DNA of 56,879 bases from Candidatus Kaiserbacteria bacterium (GCA_016186705.1 JACPLB010000007.1:1-56879), one strand, 5' to 3'; positions 16,668 to 26,050 are shown, counted from the stretch's first letter. The notes: a model not told the origin generated them from the sequence alone. Numbers and translations are program-made.

Positions 16668-17684
16668 CTACGAGACAAGCGAGACTTCTTCCTCAATCGT
16701 AATTCCTGTTTGTTTTTTCACATCATTGGAAATCATTTCAACGAGTGACTGGAGCTCTTTTCGAGTTGCATGCCGTGTCGCCACTAACACAAGCGCGTGT
16801 CTGTCATACACGCCTACGCGCTTTAATGTTCTGCCTTTCCATCCCATTCTCTCAAGAATAAATCCAAGCGGAATCTTCACATGATTGCGATCATAGTAAT
16901 ACGAGAGCGTGTCGGGAAACTTTTGCCTTAGCGTCCGATACTCGGCGTTCGTAATAATGGGGTTTTTAAAGAACGAACCGGCGGTTCCCACTTTCGAGAG
17001 GTCGGGAAATTTGCCTTTCCTGATAGTGAGGATGGCGGTTCGCACGTCCTTAAGCGGCGGAGTTTCTTTCCCTTCAAAGTACTGTGCCACATCTTTGTAC
17101 GAGAGTACCGGCGCACCATCTTTCACGAGACGAAAACATACCCGGGTAATAACATAGTTCCCACCTTTTGCGTGTTTGAATATACTGTCGCGATATGAAA
17201 ATCCGCATGCACTATGTGAAAGTCTTTTTTTCGCACCAGTTTTTTGATTCATTACTTCCACCCATTCAACGGTATCTTTTACTTCAACTCCGTATGCACC
17301 GATGTTTTGTATCGGCGCCGCGCCGACCGTCCCCGGAATGCCGGAGAGATTCTCAATGCCACAGAGTCCCTGTCCAACAGTAAAAGAGACGAGCTCGTCC
17401 CACACCTCCCCCGCACCGACTTCAATCAAAGTTGTGAGTGTGTGCGTATGCCGAAGCACAATCCCTTTTATGTCCATCTTAATGACAAGCCCGCGGAAAC
17501 CGTCGTCCGAGAAAACAATATTTGAGCCGCCTCCAAGAATAAATGTCTTGAGTCTCTTTTTACGCGCAAACGAGAGCGCCTCATGAAGCTCTGCCTCCGT
17601 CTGCACCGAAACAAAAAAATCGGCTCTGCCGCCGATACGAAAGGTGGTAAACTTCTTAAGCGAAACGTTTCTCTTTATCTCCAT
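16668..17684 (-). CDS. murB: UDP-N-acetylenolpyruvoylglucosamine reductase
   Basis: 338 aa. FAD-binding PCMH-type N-terminus (KKFTTFRIGGRADFF, ILGGGSNIVFSDDGFRG), GIENLSGIPGTVGAAPIQNIGAYG, and a C-terminal MurB domain (GSFFKNP..). Confidence 0.9.
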   Translation of the reverse strand: MEIKRNVSLKKFTTFRIGGRADFFVSVQTEAELHEALSFARKKRLKTFILGGGSNIVFSDDGFRGLVIKMDIKGIVLRHTHTLTTLIEVGAGEVWDELVSFTVGQGLCGIENLSGIPGTVGAAPIQNIGAYGVEVKDTVEWVEVMNQKTGAKKRLSHSACGFSYRDSIFKHAKGGNYVITRVCFRLVKDGAPVLSYKDVAQYFEGKETPPLKDVRTAILTIRKGKFPDLSKVGTAGSFFKNPIITNAEYRTLRQKFPDTLSYYYDRNHVKIPLGFILERMGWKGRTLKRVGVYDRHALVLVATRHATRKELQSLVEMISNDVKKQTGITIEEEVSLVS

Positions 17685-17850
17685 TTAAGACAGCTCGTTA
17701 CCTTTTTAACTTTCTACTTTCATCTACCATGGGATTCCACCGAGATATGGAGAGCGGGTGCGAGCTCCAAACAAAAATCTGATGTGAGTGCCGCCGCCCT
17801 CCATACCTCGGAACAATTGTACAGAGACTATAACACATCTTCTAAGCCAT

Positions 17851-17879
17851 AAAAACGCAAAACCCGTCACGGGGACGGG
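17851..17879 (-). terminator. Rho-independent terminator of the candidate sRNA/leader
   Basis: Minus strand reads CCCGTC-cccgt-GACGGG followed by TTTTGCGTTTTT (plus-strand cccgtc 17863-17868, gacggg 17874-17879, A-run 17851-17862). Confidence 0.45.
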
Positions 17880-17922
17880 CCTTACGCAGATTTTCGTTTA
17901 AGCCACACATTGTGGCACTCAC
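17851..17922 (-). ncRNA. Candidate ~72-nt small RNA or transcribed leader upstream of murB
   Basis: It is bounded by a near-consensus promoter (17930-17958) and the terminator at 17851-17879. The predicted RNA is GUGAGUGCCACAAUGUGUGGCUUAAACGAAAAUCUGCGUAAGGCCCGUCCCCGUGACGGGUUUUGCGUUUUU, with a 5' hairpin GCCACA-aug-UGUGGC. No match to an RNA family I can recognise. Confidence 0.3.
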
Positions 17923-17929
17923 AGGAAGC

Positions 17930-17958
17930 AGTATAGCATAGTTGACTAAAAATTGCAA
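17930..17958 (-). promoter_or_regulatory. Sigma70-like promoter (TTGCAA-17 nt-TATACT)
   Basis: On the minus strand, -35 TTGCAA is at 17958-17953, the spacer is 17 nt, and -10 TATACT is at 17935-17930. A purine (G, 17922) lies 8 nt downstream. Confidence 0.4.
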
Positions 17959-17967
17959 GCGAGGACC

Positions 17968-18015
17968 AGATAAAGGATATTTTCTCAGCTATAGCTGAGA
18001 AAATATCCTTTATCT
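17968..18015. repeat. 48-bp perfect palindrome
   Basis: agataaaggatattttctcagcta|tagctgagaaaatatcctttatct has 24-nt arms with no spacer and no mismatch. It is intergenic, 10 bp upstream of the -35 box at 17958. Confidence 0.95.
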
Positions 18016-18140
18016 TCCCCTTTACCTTCCTCAAACCTTTCTTATAAAGTGTAGCGTTTAAGGTAGAGCGTTTGGGGTGTAGGGCCTAACGTGCTTCGCA
18101 TTATTTCCTCAAAGCTGACACCTAAAAGCTAAAAGCTACT

Positions 18141-20327
18141 TTATGGATTTCGTCCCGCGCGAATTTCATTGATGTAGTATTCGCCTTGCTCCTTGAAATT
18201 CGGGTCAAGCTCAATGACCTTTTGAATCGCCTCTATTGAACGCGTGCGTTCGTTAAGTCCGAGGTACGTCGCGGCAAGCCCTAAATATACCTGCGAGTTC
18301 TCCGGTTGTTCTTTTACCCGTAATTGCCAGATTTCAAGCACCTTATCAAGCCGATTGTTGTTGAAATACGCGCGCATCAGCCGGTCATTGTCTACTACTG
18401 TCGTGCCGAAGACGGGAAGAAGTAGTTCTTCAAGGAGTGAGTCTTCTTTCGCGTAAATCGCTCCGACTGCGTAAAAAATTCTTGCTTGCGGATACGAAGG
18501 CGCGAGGTTAAACGCTTCTTTAAATACAGCGAGTGCTTCGCCAATATTGCCACGGTTGAGTATATTAAGCCCAAGCTGGAACATAATGGTTTGTTTTTGA
18601 GGAGAGAGTTCGTTCGCACGTTTCAGATATGGTTCACCCTGAATATATTGCCCGTATGAATCAAGAAGCGTCCCGAGAAATATGTACGTACGAGCATCGT
18701 TCGGCGCCTCTTCAGTTTGTTTTTTCATTTCAGCGCTTGCAAGAGAGAGGTAGGATTGCTTCGTTTCAATATCAAGCGCGCTTCCTCCTACGCGCGTCGC
18801 GATTTCCGTGAGATGTTCGCGCGCCTCTTGGTTGCCGAAGGTGCCGTACGAGATAGTTTTTTCAAAACGCTCGAGCTGAGCAGGGTTCCCAGGCTGGGTA
18901 ATAATCGCTTGAAGAAGGGAGTGTGACGCGAGTATTGGCTTTGTGTTGAGAAGATACACTGAAAAGAGCGCAAGAATCACAATAAGGGGTACGTACACGC
19001 GGGTTATTATGCCGGTATCACGTCCGTCTTCAAGGCGCTCCATAAAGACCTCGCGCGTACTCTCCCGATACGACCAGTACATATACGCGAGAATCGTAAA
19101 GAAAAGGATATAGCTCATGATATTGTCAAATACGAACAAATTGTGAAACGTGTATCCCGCAAGAAGCCCCGTGAGAATTGCTTTTTCAGGAAAGACAAAA
19201 AAGGTATTTTTCTTTCTCCAGAGGTAAAAGAGCGCCGTCAAAAATATTGAAACGTAGGCGAGAAATCCCAGAATGCCCCCGGCAATCAGCCAGTCAAAGA
19301 CGATATTGTGTACGCGGTCAAACCATTGTTCTTGCGGATAGAGCAACGGGTCATAATATTTATTGAATACGTAATTGAAATTCTCCTGACCCCAGCCAAT
19401 AAAAGGCTTCTCTTTAACGCCTTCCCACGCAACACGCCATATTAAAAAACGAGCGTTGACCGAACTGTCGCTGATTGAAATTTCCGAAAAACGCGAAAGT
19501 ACGGGACTTGTCTTTACGAATTGAGAATCTTTTGCAAGAAAGAATCCTCCCACTACCAGAACAACAACACCTAAAGCAGCGGCGGCATATATGCGCAACG
19601 TGTTGTATTTTCTTGCAAAAAGCGCGATAAGGAGACCTGTAACCGCTATACCGCCGAGGAGTCCGAGAATTGTTCCTCGCGATGCCGTGTAATAGATAAT
19701 GAAGAGTTGCAGAGCGATAATCGCGGCATAAACCCACCGAATTGCAGTCGTCCCTTTCCACCGTAGCAAGAGCATTGCCGTTATAAACACATGGAAGAGC
19801 ATGTACGCGGCGAGGTATGTCGCGTTTCCGAAATTAGCGTCCAGACGCGTACTGCTCTGGTGTATCGCAACCTTACCCGCTAATTGGAGAAGTCCGTAAA
19901 ACCCGACGTACACGCTTACTCCAACAGAAGTATGCAGAAATCTGCTCCATAACTTTTCGGTATTAAGAATCGTTCCAGCTATGAGGAAATACGCAAGGAG
20001 ATGTATGAGCGTGACAAGCCCTTCCATACGTTCAAAGTTGCTCCAGACGCTCTTTAACGGATTTTCGCCGAAAATATCGGCAACCGCGACGATACCAATA
20101 AATGCCACAATGGAAGCGAGGAGCCATGAAAAATATGGTCGGTATCGGATGTTATAGAGCGCCAGTATAAGCCACCCGCCAAAGAGAAGCTCAACGAGAA
20201 TCCGAAACGCGAAATTCTTCGTGGTGATGAAAGGAAAAAAGAAAATATCCACGACAAAAAAAGGCAAGAATGGAACTAGAAAGATTCCCCATATAACAAT
20301 GCGGCGGGTAATATGTTCAACCGACAT
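18141..20327 (-). CDS. O-antigen ligase-like (Wzy_C) polytopic membrane protein with C-terminal TPR repeats
   Basis: 728 aa. About 12 TM segments include the YTASRGTILGLLGG region typical of O-antigen ligase/PglL-type proteins. The C-terminal ~250 aa hold TPR-like repeats (ARTYIFLGTLLDSYGQYIQGEPYLKRANELSP.., AQVYLGLAATYLGLNERTRSIEAIQKVIELDP). Confidence 0.75.
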   Translation of the reverse strand: MSVEHITRRIVIWGIFLVPFLPFFVVDIFFFPFITTKNFAFRILVELLFGGWLILALYNIRYRPYFSWLLASIVAFIGIVAVADIFGENPLKSVWSNFERMEGLVTLIHLLAYFLIAGTILNTEKLWSRFLHTSVGVSVYVGFYGLLQLAGKVAIHQSSTRLDANFGNATYLAAYMLFHVFITAMLLLRWKGTTAIRWVYAAIIALQLFIIYYTASRGTILGLLGGIAVTGLLIALFARKYNTLRIYAAAALGVVVLVVGGFFLAKDSQFVKTSPVLSRFSEISISDSSVNARFLIWRVAWEGVKEKPFIGWGQENFNYVFNKYYDPLLYPQEQWFDRVHNIVFDWLIAGGILGFLAYVSIFLTALFYLWRKKNTFFVFPEKAILTGLLAGYTFHNLFVFDNIMSYILFFTILAYMYWSYRESTREVFMERLEDGRDTGIITRVYVPLIVILALFSVYLLNTKPILASHSLLQAIITQPGNPAQLERFEKTISYGTFGNQEAREHLTEIATRVGGSALDIETKQSYLSLASAEMKKQTEEAPNDARTYIFLGTLLDSYGQYIQGEPYLKRANELSPQKQTIMFQLGLNILNRGNIGEALAVFKEAFNLAPSYPQARIFYAVGAIYAKEDSLLEELLLPVFGTTVVDNDRLMRAYFNNNRLDKVLEIWQLRVKEQPENSQVYLGLAATYLGLNERTRSIEAIQKVIELDPNFKEQGEYYINEIRAGRNP

Positions 20328-20349
20328 TCGGATACTATATCATCGAGAA

Positions 20350-20378
20350 TTGTAAGGTGCTAGCGTGACTTTTATCTA
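20350..20378 (+). promoter_or_regulatory. Candidate promoter TTGTAA-17-TATCTA, 9 nt upstream of the flippase ATG
   Basis: -35 is at 20350-20355, -10 at 20373-20378 and the ATG at 20388. No SD lies between them. Confidence 0.3.
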
Positions 20379-20387
20379 TGGATTAAG

Positions 20388-21650
20388 ATGAAACGTGTGA
20401 TACAAAAACTCAGAAATAAAACGTACCGTTTCCTCCGCTGGACTGAAACATACGCACGAACCGACATGCTCTATCTAGTAAAAGGCGGTTCGTGGCTCAC
20501 GTTGGGACAGGGGGCTGGAACACTCACTGGACTCGTGCTTGCCATCGGCTTTGCAAACCTCCTGCCGAAAGAAGTGTACGGTAATTATACTTTTATCCTC
20601 GCCCTTGCCGGTATTGTTGGAACATTCACACTGACCGGGATGAGAAGCGCAATAACGCGTGCTGTCGCAAAAGGTTTTGACGGTATGCTTCAAGTCGGAT
20701 TCCGCGAAAGTATGAAGTGGAGCATACTTATGGTCATCGCGGCCCTAGCCGGAGCACTCTATTACTTTTTTAACAAAAACAATGTCCTCGGCATATCGCT
20801 CCTTATTGTTGGAACATTTTCTCCGCTCATGATAAGTGCCGCGCTCTATAGCGGCTTTTTGAACGGGAAAAAAGATTTCAAGACAGGCACGATTTTTAAC
20901 ATATACACCAACGCTATCCCCGCAGTCTTTCTGCTTCCGACTATATTTTTCACACACAATATCATCATTATAGTATTTGTATATTTTGTTTCCCACACCG
21001 CAGTAAACGTATTCTTTTACGCACAAACACTTAAAAAGTACGAACCGGAACCGGATATCGATGTTTCGACAATCACCTACAGCAAGCACTTAAGCCTAAT
21101 GAACGTATTGAGTACTGTCGCGGACTACCTTGATAAGATACTTGTCTTTCATTACCTTGGCGCGGCACAACTTGCAATTTACGCTTTTGCAATTGCAGTA
21201 CCAACACAGCTTCGGGGACTATTGCGAAATATTAACTCTCTCCTGCTTCCAAAATTCGCGGAAGGTGAAAAGAAAACCATACAAAAAAGTCTGTATGGGA
21301 AAGTGTTGCGAGTCGCGCTCATCAGTTCAGTCTTCGTCGGCGCATACATAGTCGTTGCTCCTTTTATATATCAGCTGTTTTTTCCGCAATACCTTGACTC
21401 TGTTTTTTATTCTCAACTCTTTTCACTGATAATTATCCCCGCAACAATGAGCATCGTTTCGAGCTCATTCCTTGAAGCACAAAGGGAACAAAAGCTGTTA
21501 TACATTATAAATATTACTTCACCACTTATACGTATTGGACTGCTTTTAGTATTAGGATATTTTTACGGAATTATCGGGATTATACTCGCGGTGGTTATAT
21601 CAAAAACAATTAGTTTTTTTATGATAGCCATACTTGCACGTAAAGCGTAG
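20388..21650 (+). CDS. Polysaccharide/oligosaccharide flippase (Wzx-like, MOP superfamily)
   Basis: 420 aa with ~12 predicted TM helices. The N-terminal region (LVKGGSWLTLGQGAGTLTGLVLAIGFANLLPKEVYG) is typical of polysaccharide biosynthesis protein/Wzx families. Confidence 0.7.
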   Translation: MKRVIQKLRNKTYRFLRWTETYARTDMLYLVKGGSWLTLGQGAGTLTGLVLAIGFANLLPKEVYGNYTFILALAGIVGTFTLTGMRSAITRAVAKGFDGMLQVGFRESMKWSILMVIAALAGALYYFFNKNNVLGISLLIVGTFSPLMISAALYSGFLNGKKDFKTGTIFNIYTNAIPAVFLLPTIFFTHNIIIIVFVYFVSHTAVNVFFYAQTLKKYEPEPDIDVSTITYSKHLSLMNVLSTVADYLDKILVFHYLGAAQLAIYAFAIAVPTQLRGLLRNINSLLLPKFAEGEKKTIQKSLYGKVLRVALISSVFVGAYIVVAPFIYQLFFPQYLDSVFYSQLFSLIIIPATMSIVSSSFLEAQREQKLLYIINITSPLIRIGLLLVLGYFYGIIGIILAVVISKTISFFMIAILARKA

Positions 21651-21747
21651 AAATTAAATTTTCCAATAACAGTTGAAAACGATATGGAACTTGTTAAATA
21701 TCAAGACTTCTTCATAACCTTAAATCGCGCATGTAGTTTTATCTAGA

Positions 21748-22743
21748 TTAAAACTTTTTTGTAGATATTGTTTCCTTCACCGTAAAGTCACTCCAATCAA
21801 TTAATCCCGTGTGTCCTGCTTCAATAAGTTCAGTAAGTCGCAGGGCAACTGCTCCATCGAGCATAGAACTTCGTAATTCTTCCTTACCAGAGAGAAAGGA
21901 TATAAAATGTCGATGTTCTTCTTGAAACCCTCTTGATTCTGGTAGAGAGATTTTTGTGCAGATGTCATTTTTGCATTGTTCAAGTACCCTACTCTTTACA
22001 GAATAAGAGATGCCAGTGCCGTGTATAACGTACTCCTCGTTTTGACGACCTGCACTATTGTTTGCTGATAGAGTTGCATGTATAGTATCCCAAATTATGA
22101 GTGCAGAAAAATTTTGTGGAATGTCTCCAATGGTAATATTATAGGTACTATACAGAGCCTTAGGTAATGTGCCGACAAAGAATTGTAAAACATCAATTGC
22201 ATGTATCCCATTAGCACTAAGCCACGTTTTTGCACCATACGGTGGCGGTCTTAAGAGCGCTGGTTTATCAAAAGTTGCTTCAATTGAATAAATGTTTGAG
22301 TTATGTGTAATCTCTTTTTTCGCCCGCAATAAAGATGCTTGGAAACGTCTATTAAAACCTACCATTACGGTACGATTTTTCTCTTTAGCTAATTGTATAA
22401 TCTCTAGTGCATGTAGAGAGTCTATAGAGGGAGGCTTTTCAACAAAAACATGCTTCTTGTTTAAGAGTGCACGCTTAGCATATTTATAATGTCTCTGCGC
22501 ACTACCAAAGATGTATACTGCATCTACATCATCTCTGGTGAATAGTACTTCTACATCATCTTCAGAGTCAGAGAAACCAAATCTTTTCTGAGCATCCTTT
22601 GTAATAGAGTGACTCTGTCCAGATATTACCTGCAGGGAAACAAGCCCCTCGTTTCTAAGTTTGTGTAAAGCAGGCAGATGTACTTTCTGTGAAGTTGCAC
22701 CCGCTCCAATGACTGCCACCTTAATTGGAGTTGTGAGATTCAT
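21748..22743 (-). CDS. Gfo/Idh/MocA family NAD(P)-dependent sugar oxidoreductase
   Basis: Rossmann N-terminus KVAVIGAGATSQKVHLPAL and the EKP motif (HVFVEKPPS). I prefer ATG 22743 (MNLTTPIK) to the tracked 22797, which would overlap the upstream gene by 44 nt. Confidence 0.8.
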   Translation of the reverse strand: MNLTTPIKVAVIGAGATSQKVHLPALHKLRNEGLVSLQVISGQSHSITKDAQKRFGFSDSEDDVEVLFTRDDVDAVYIFGSAQRHYKYAKRALLNKKHVFVEKPPSIDSLHALEIIQLAKEKNRTVMVGFNRRFQASLLRAKKEITHNSNIYSIEATFDKPALLRPPPYGAKTWLSANGIHAIDVLQFFVGTLPKALYSTYNITIGDIPQNFSALIIWDTIHATLSANNSAGRQNEEYVIHGTGISYSVKSRVLEQCKNDICTKISLPESRGFQEEHRHFISFLSGKEELRSSMLDGAVALRLTELIEAGHTGLIDWSDFTVKETISTKKF

Positions 22744-22753
22744 AATCCTAATT

Positions 22754-23500
22754 TCATAAATTTTGCTTTTTAATATACACAAACAAACCGGCTGCAAATA
22801 AATTAGGCCAGAGACGATTGAGGATTGGAATTCCTTTGTAGCAAGTAATCGTATAATTTTTGTATCCTTGGGCTTTAAGCCACCATTTTAAATCAACAAG
22901 CGTCCAAAAGCGTAAGTGTTCATCTGGGAATACCTTCCACTGCATTGGTGCTTTGCCAAAAAGAAGCCTGAATCGATGCGAGAGGTACCCTGTATTGGGG
23001 ATTGAGAAAAAGACTCCTTGTAGTGTTTTTGTGTATGCTGAATTAAGTAGTTTTTCAGAGTGAGGGACATGTTCGATAACTTCAAACATAAGGATGTAAT
23101 CCGCCTCTTGTATACGCTCTAGTTCATTTTCTTTGCGCACATCTAAGAGAAATGTTTCTAACCCGTTATCTTCCGCTCTTTCAAGCGCAAGTCTTGACAC
23201 GTCATATCCTGCAGAACGAGTTAGGTTCAGTTTTGTCTTTAGGTAGGTAAGAGCTGAACCGTCTCCGCAGCCAATGTCTCCTATGGAAACCAGACTTTTT
23301 TTATCTATATTTTTAAGCACCAAATCCGCCCGCACTTTCTGCCAGTCGGAGAGATTTCCAAGAGCGCTCCCCCGCTTATCCCTCCAGTACCGGTCATAAT
23401 CAATGGAACTACGTGTATCAATTGTTCTTTGTGGATATAAAAAGAGAGCTTGGTATCCAGTCTTTAAAAAATACAGCTTGTCTTTGAGTTTCTTTAACAT
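22754..23500 (-). CDS. Class I SAM-dependent methyltransferase
   Basis: Motif I VSIGDIGCGDGSAL, and the post-I/II pattern DYILMFEVIEHV. Confidence 0.8.
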   Translation of the reverse strand: MLKKLKDKLYFLKTGYQALFLYPQRTIDTRSSIDYDRYWRDKRGSALGNLSDWQKVRADLVLKNIDKKSLVSIGDIGCGDGSALTYLKTKLNLTRSAGYDVSRLALERAEDNGLETFLLDVRKENELERIQEADYILMFEVIEHVPHSEKLLNSAYTKTLQGVFFSIPNTGYLSHRFRLLFGKAPMQWKVFPDEHLRFWTLVDLKWWLKAQGYKNYTITCYKGIPILNRLWPNLFAAGLFVYIKKQNL

Positions 23501-23501
23501 G

Positions 23502-24977
23502 TTATAGCAAGCGTTCTTCTTTTATAATCTGCGTAAGTATATTTTCTAAGTATCGCCCATTGCTTCCGGATATTTTTTTTGCGCGCTCTTCTAGTCTACT
23601 GTATGGAATTTTTAAGAAAGAATCGAGTTTCTTGCAGATATTATCGTTTATATCAAGTGGCTCTATTAAATCATTGACGAGCATTCCTTCTCCATAATCT
23701 ACATTCGTTTTCATCAAAATGACCAGTTTCCCATATATAACCATTTTATACAAGAATGTAGAACAGGTTCCGGCAACAAAATCAATTTTTTTGATATTGT
23801 CATCAATAGTGTCAATCACTATAAATCTGTCTCCCCAATCATTTTTCTCCATAAAATACTCCTTAAGTTGTAGATGAGAGTCAACCCCCGGTCGTATTTT
23901 GAAAAATACTTTGGCGCCGCACGCAATAAATTTTTCTATAAACCGCTTAACTTCACCTTTTGAAGCCGCTCTTTCGTGAGGAATGAGTATATGTATTCCG
24001 CTGTGTTTCTCCATCTTTTCTGAATCAATAGGCACGGGTATAGACGCTCCGCTTACTAGAATTTCATCAAGATTGTAGTATGTTCCCAAACGTAATAATT
24101 CCTGCTTCCAAAAAGCAGACCAGACAAAGAGTTTGTCGGGTTTTATTATTTTCCCTTCAACATTTTCGGCTTGAAGCCATCCAACATTATATTTTGTAAA
24201 ACAACCATGTTGAAACACGTAACGAGCAATGTCATTCTCTTTGCACGCGAGTAATAATTCAAAATATGTTCGCGGGTCATCAATTCCCAAGAGATGTGTA
24301 ACTTTGGTAAAATGCAACATCCTCGAAAGGATTTTAGTTTTAAATCTGAATAAGTGCACTCGGTATATATATGACTCAATAAGATTGATGGCAAACATTT
24401 TCTCCCGTTTATTTTTAAAACTACTTACATCTAACCGTTCTGTATTAATCCTTATAGGTGATTTTAAAATATGAAGCTTAGTAAAAAGCTCATGTATGAA
24501 ATCAAGAGATTCAAGATATATGGCAGAACGTTTTCTTTTTAAAACATTGCGGCAGAAATCTCTCCCAAGAACAGTGTGAAAAAATTCAGTAAACAGTATA
24601 CTATTCTTTTTTAATGCATTATATACATCATCTAATCTTGTATCCGAACCAAATTTTGAGTGTGCCCTATCTACTGAATATACCAATACTTTTTTCCTTC
24701 TTAAAACCAAGGACAAAAATGCTAACGTTGATAGAAAAACCGAGAGTGTACCGACTAAAAACCATTTTAGTCCAATAAATTTCCTTGTATTCGGAACTAT
24801 GTCCTCATCGAAATTATGCTCTTGTATAATTGCGAAAAGCCGTGATTGATATGTTTGCCATATATTGTACTCTCCGATAAAGAAAGAATTGATGAGAGGT
24901 TTGCCATCAAGTGTTGTGGCATTTATCTTTTTCAGCACTTCAAGGGAGTATGCAAAGTCAATGAAATCTTTTTGCAT
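23502..24977 (-). CDS. Hypothetical membrane-anchored protein with a C-terminal Rossmann-like glycosyl/phospho-transferase-like domain
   Basis: 491 aa with one TM (WFLVGTLSVFLSTLAFLSLVL). The C-terminal half (HILIPHERAAS.., FVAGTCSTFLYKMVIYGKLVILM) loosely recalls TagF/capsule-synthesis type polymerases. No firm family call. Confidence 0.4.
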   Translation of the reverse strand: MQKDFIDFAYSLEVLKKINATTLDGKPLINSFFIGEYNIWQTYQSRLFAIIQEHNFDEDIVPNTRKFIGLKWFLVGTLSVFLSTLAFLSLVLRRKKVLVYSVDRAHSKFGSDTRLDDVYNALKKNSILFTEFFHTVLGRDFCRNVLKRKRSAIYLESLDFIHELFTKLHILKSPIRINTERLDVSSFKNKREKMFAINLIESYIYRVHLFRFKTKILSRMLHFTKVTHLLGIDDPRTYFELLLACKENDIARYVFQHGCFTKYNVGWLQAENVEGKIIKPDKLFVWSAFWKQELLRLGTYYNLDEILVSGASIPVPIDSEKMEKHSGIHILIPHERAASKGEVKRFIEKFIACGAKVFFKIRPGVDSHLQLKEYFMEKNDWGDRFIVIDTIDDNIKKIDFVAGTCSTFLYKMVIYGKLVILMKTNVDYGEGMLVNDLIEPLDINDNICKKLDSFLKIPYSRLEERAKKISGSNGRYLENILTQIIKEERLL

Positions 24978-25103
24978 GAGGTCAATATTAACACGGTAAA
25001 GTATTTAAAAGTATGAGTAGTATTTATGGCTATTATGTGTTATATTCTTAGCCAGATAAGTATGCTCGTGACCGCTCAGTTACACTCAGAATGGAGACAA
25101 AAA

Positions 25104-26045
25104 ATGGTTAACGAGAAGACGTTGATGGACGAAGGCGGATTCATGGAGTATCGCAAAAAGCAAGAGGCCGACCATATGGCCAATGTCCAAGAAAGAGACT
25201 CCGTCATGGACTCGCTTGTCACTGTGGAGCTCAACATAACAGAGCTTTGCAATCGGAAGTGTCCATTCTGCCCGCGAATCGACCCGGACATCTATCCGAA
25301 TCGAAATCTCAACATGAGTCTGGAAACCGCCGAAAAGGTGGCTCGGAACCTTGCCGAGATAGACAGTCGATGTCGGATTTCTTTTTCTGGCTTCGGCGAA
25401 CCCCTGCTACACCCGGCGTTTCCAGACATTATTAGGGCATTTCGTACTTGCCTGCCCAATAATGCCATCGAAACAAATACGAACGGCGACAAATTAACGG
25501 TTGCTGTAATTCGTGGGCTGTATGGAGCTGGGCTCACGACAATGTATGTAAACTGCTATGACGGTCCTGAACAGGTACGACAGTTTACAGACCTTTTTAA
25601 GGGCGCTCGGATTGAAGTGTCTCGGTATAAACTCCGCAGACACTGGTCAGAGGACAAGACGACAGACTTTGGTCTCGTTTTGAACAACCGCTCAGGGACA
25701 GTGGACTTAAAAATCTCTGGAGCCGAGTCTCCCACATTCCCACTTGCACGGAAGTGCTTCTATCCATTCTACAAAATGTTGGTTGACTGGAATGGAAACG
25801 TACTTTTCTGCTCAAACGACTGGGGTCGGGTAATCGTCGTCGGCAGTGTGCATGAAAGCAGCATCCAGGATATCTGGCTGTCAGAGAAAATGCTGGATAT
25901 CAGGAAGCGGCTCATGGTTGGAGACCGTCTTCATAGTCCATGTAACACGTGCAGTGTCAACGGGACATTGCATGGGAAGTCGAGCTTCCAACAGATCTTG
26001 AAGTACTATGTCGACAAAGGTCTGCTGGGAAATCCCACACCTTAA
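25104..26045 (+). CDS. Radical SAM enzyme with C-terminal SPASM/twitch-like Cys motif
   Basis: CNRKCPFC (CxxxCxxC), GFGEPLLHP, and C-terminal Cys residues (CFYPFYK..LFCSNDW..SPCNTCSVNG). ATG 25104 is preceded by GGAGA. The tracked ORF starts at 25026 inside AT-rich sequence. Confidence 0.8.
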   Translation: MVNEKTLMDEGGFMEYRKKQEADHMANVQERDSVMDSLVTVELNITELCNRKCPFCPRIDPDIYPNRNLNMSLETAEKVARNLAEIDSRCRISFSGFGEPLLHPAFPDIIRAFRTCLPNNAIETNTNGDKLTVAVIRGLYGAGLTTMYVNCYDGPEQVRQFTDLFKGARIEVSRYKLRRHWSEDKTTDFGLVLNNRSGTVDLKISGAESPTFPLARKCFYPFYKMLVDWNGNVLFCSNDWGRVIVVGSVHESSIQDIWLSEKMLDIRKRLMVGDRLHSPCNTCSVNGTLHGKSSFQQILKYYVDKGLLGNPTP

Positions 26046-26050
26046 ACGCT

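Noticed and set aside
17914-17935. SRP (4.5S) RNA-like GGAAGCAG motif on the plus strand (cactcacaggaagcag)
   Set aside because: The GNRA tetraloop and the flanking conserved domain IV sequence (..GGUCC GGAA GGAAGCAGCC..) are absent. Only a 7-8 nt chance match remains.
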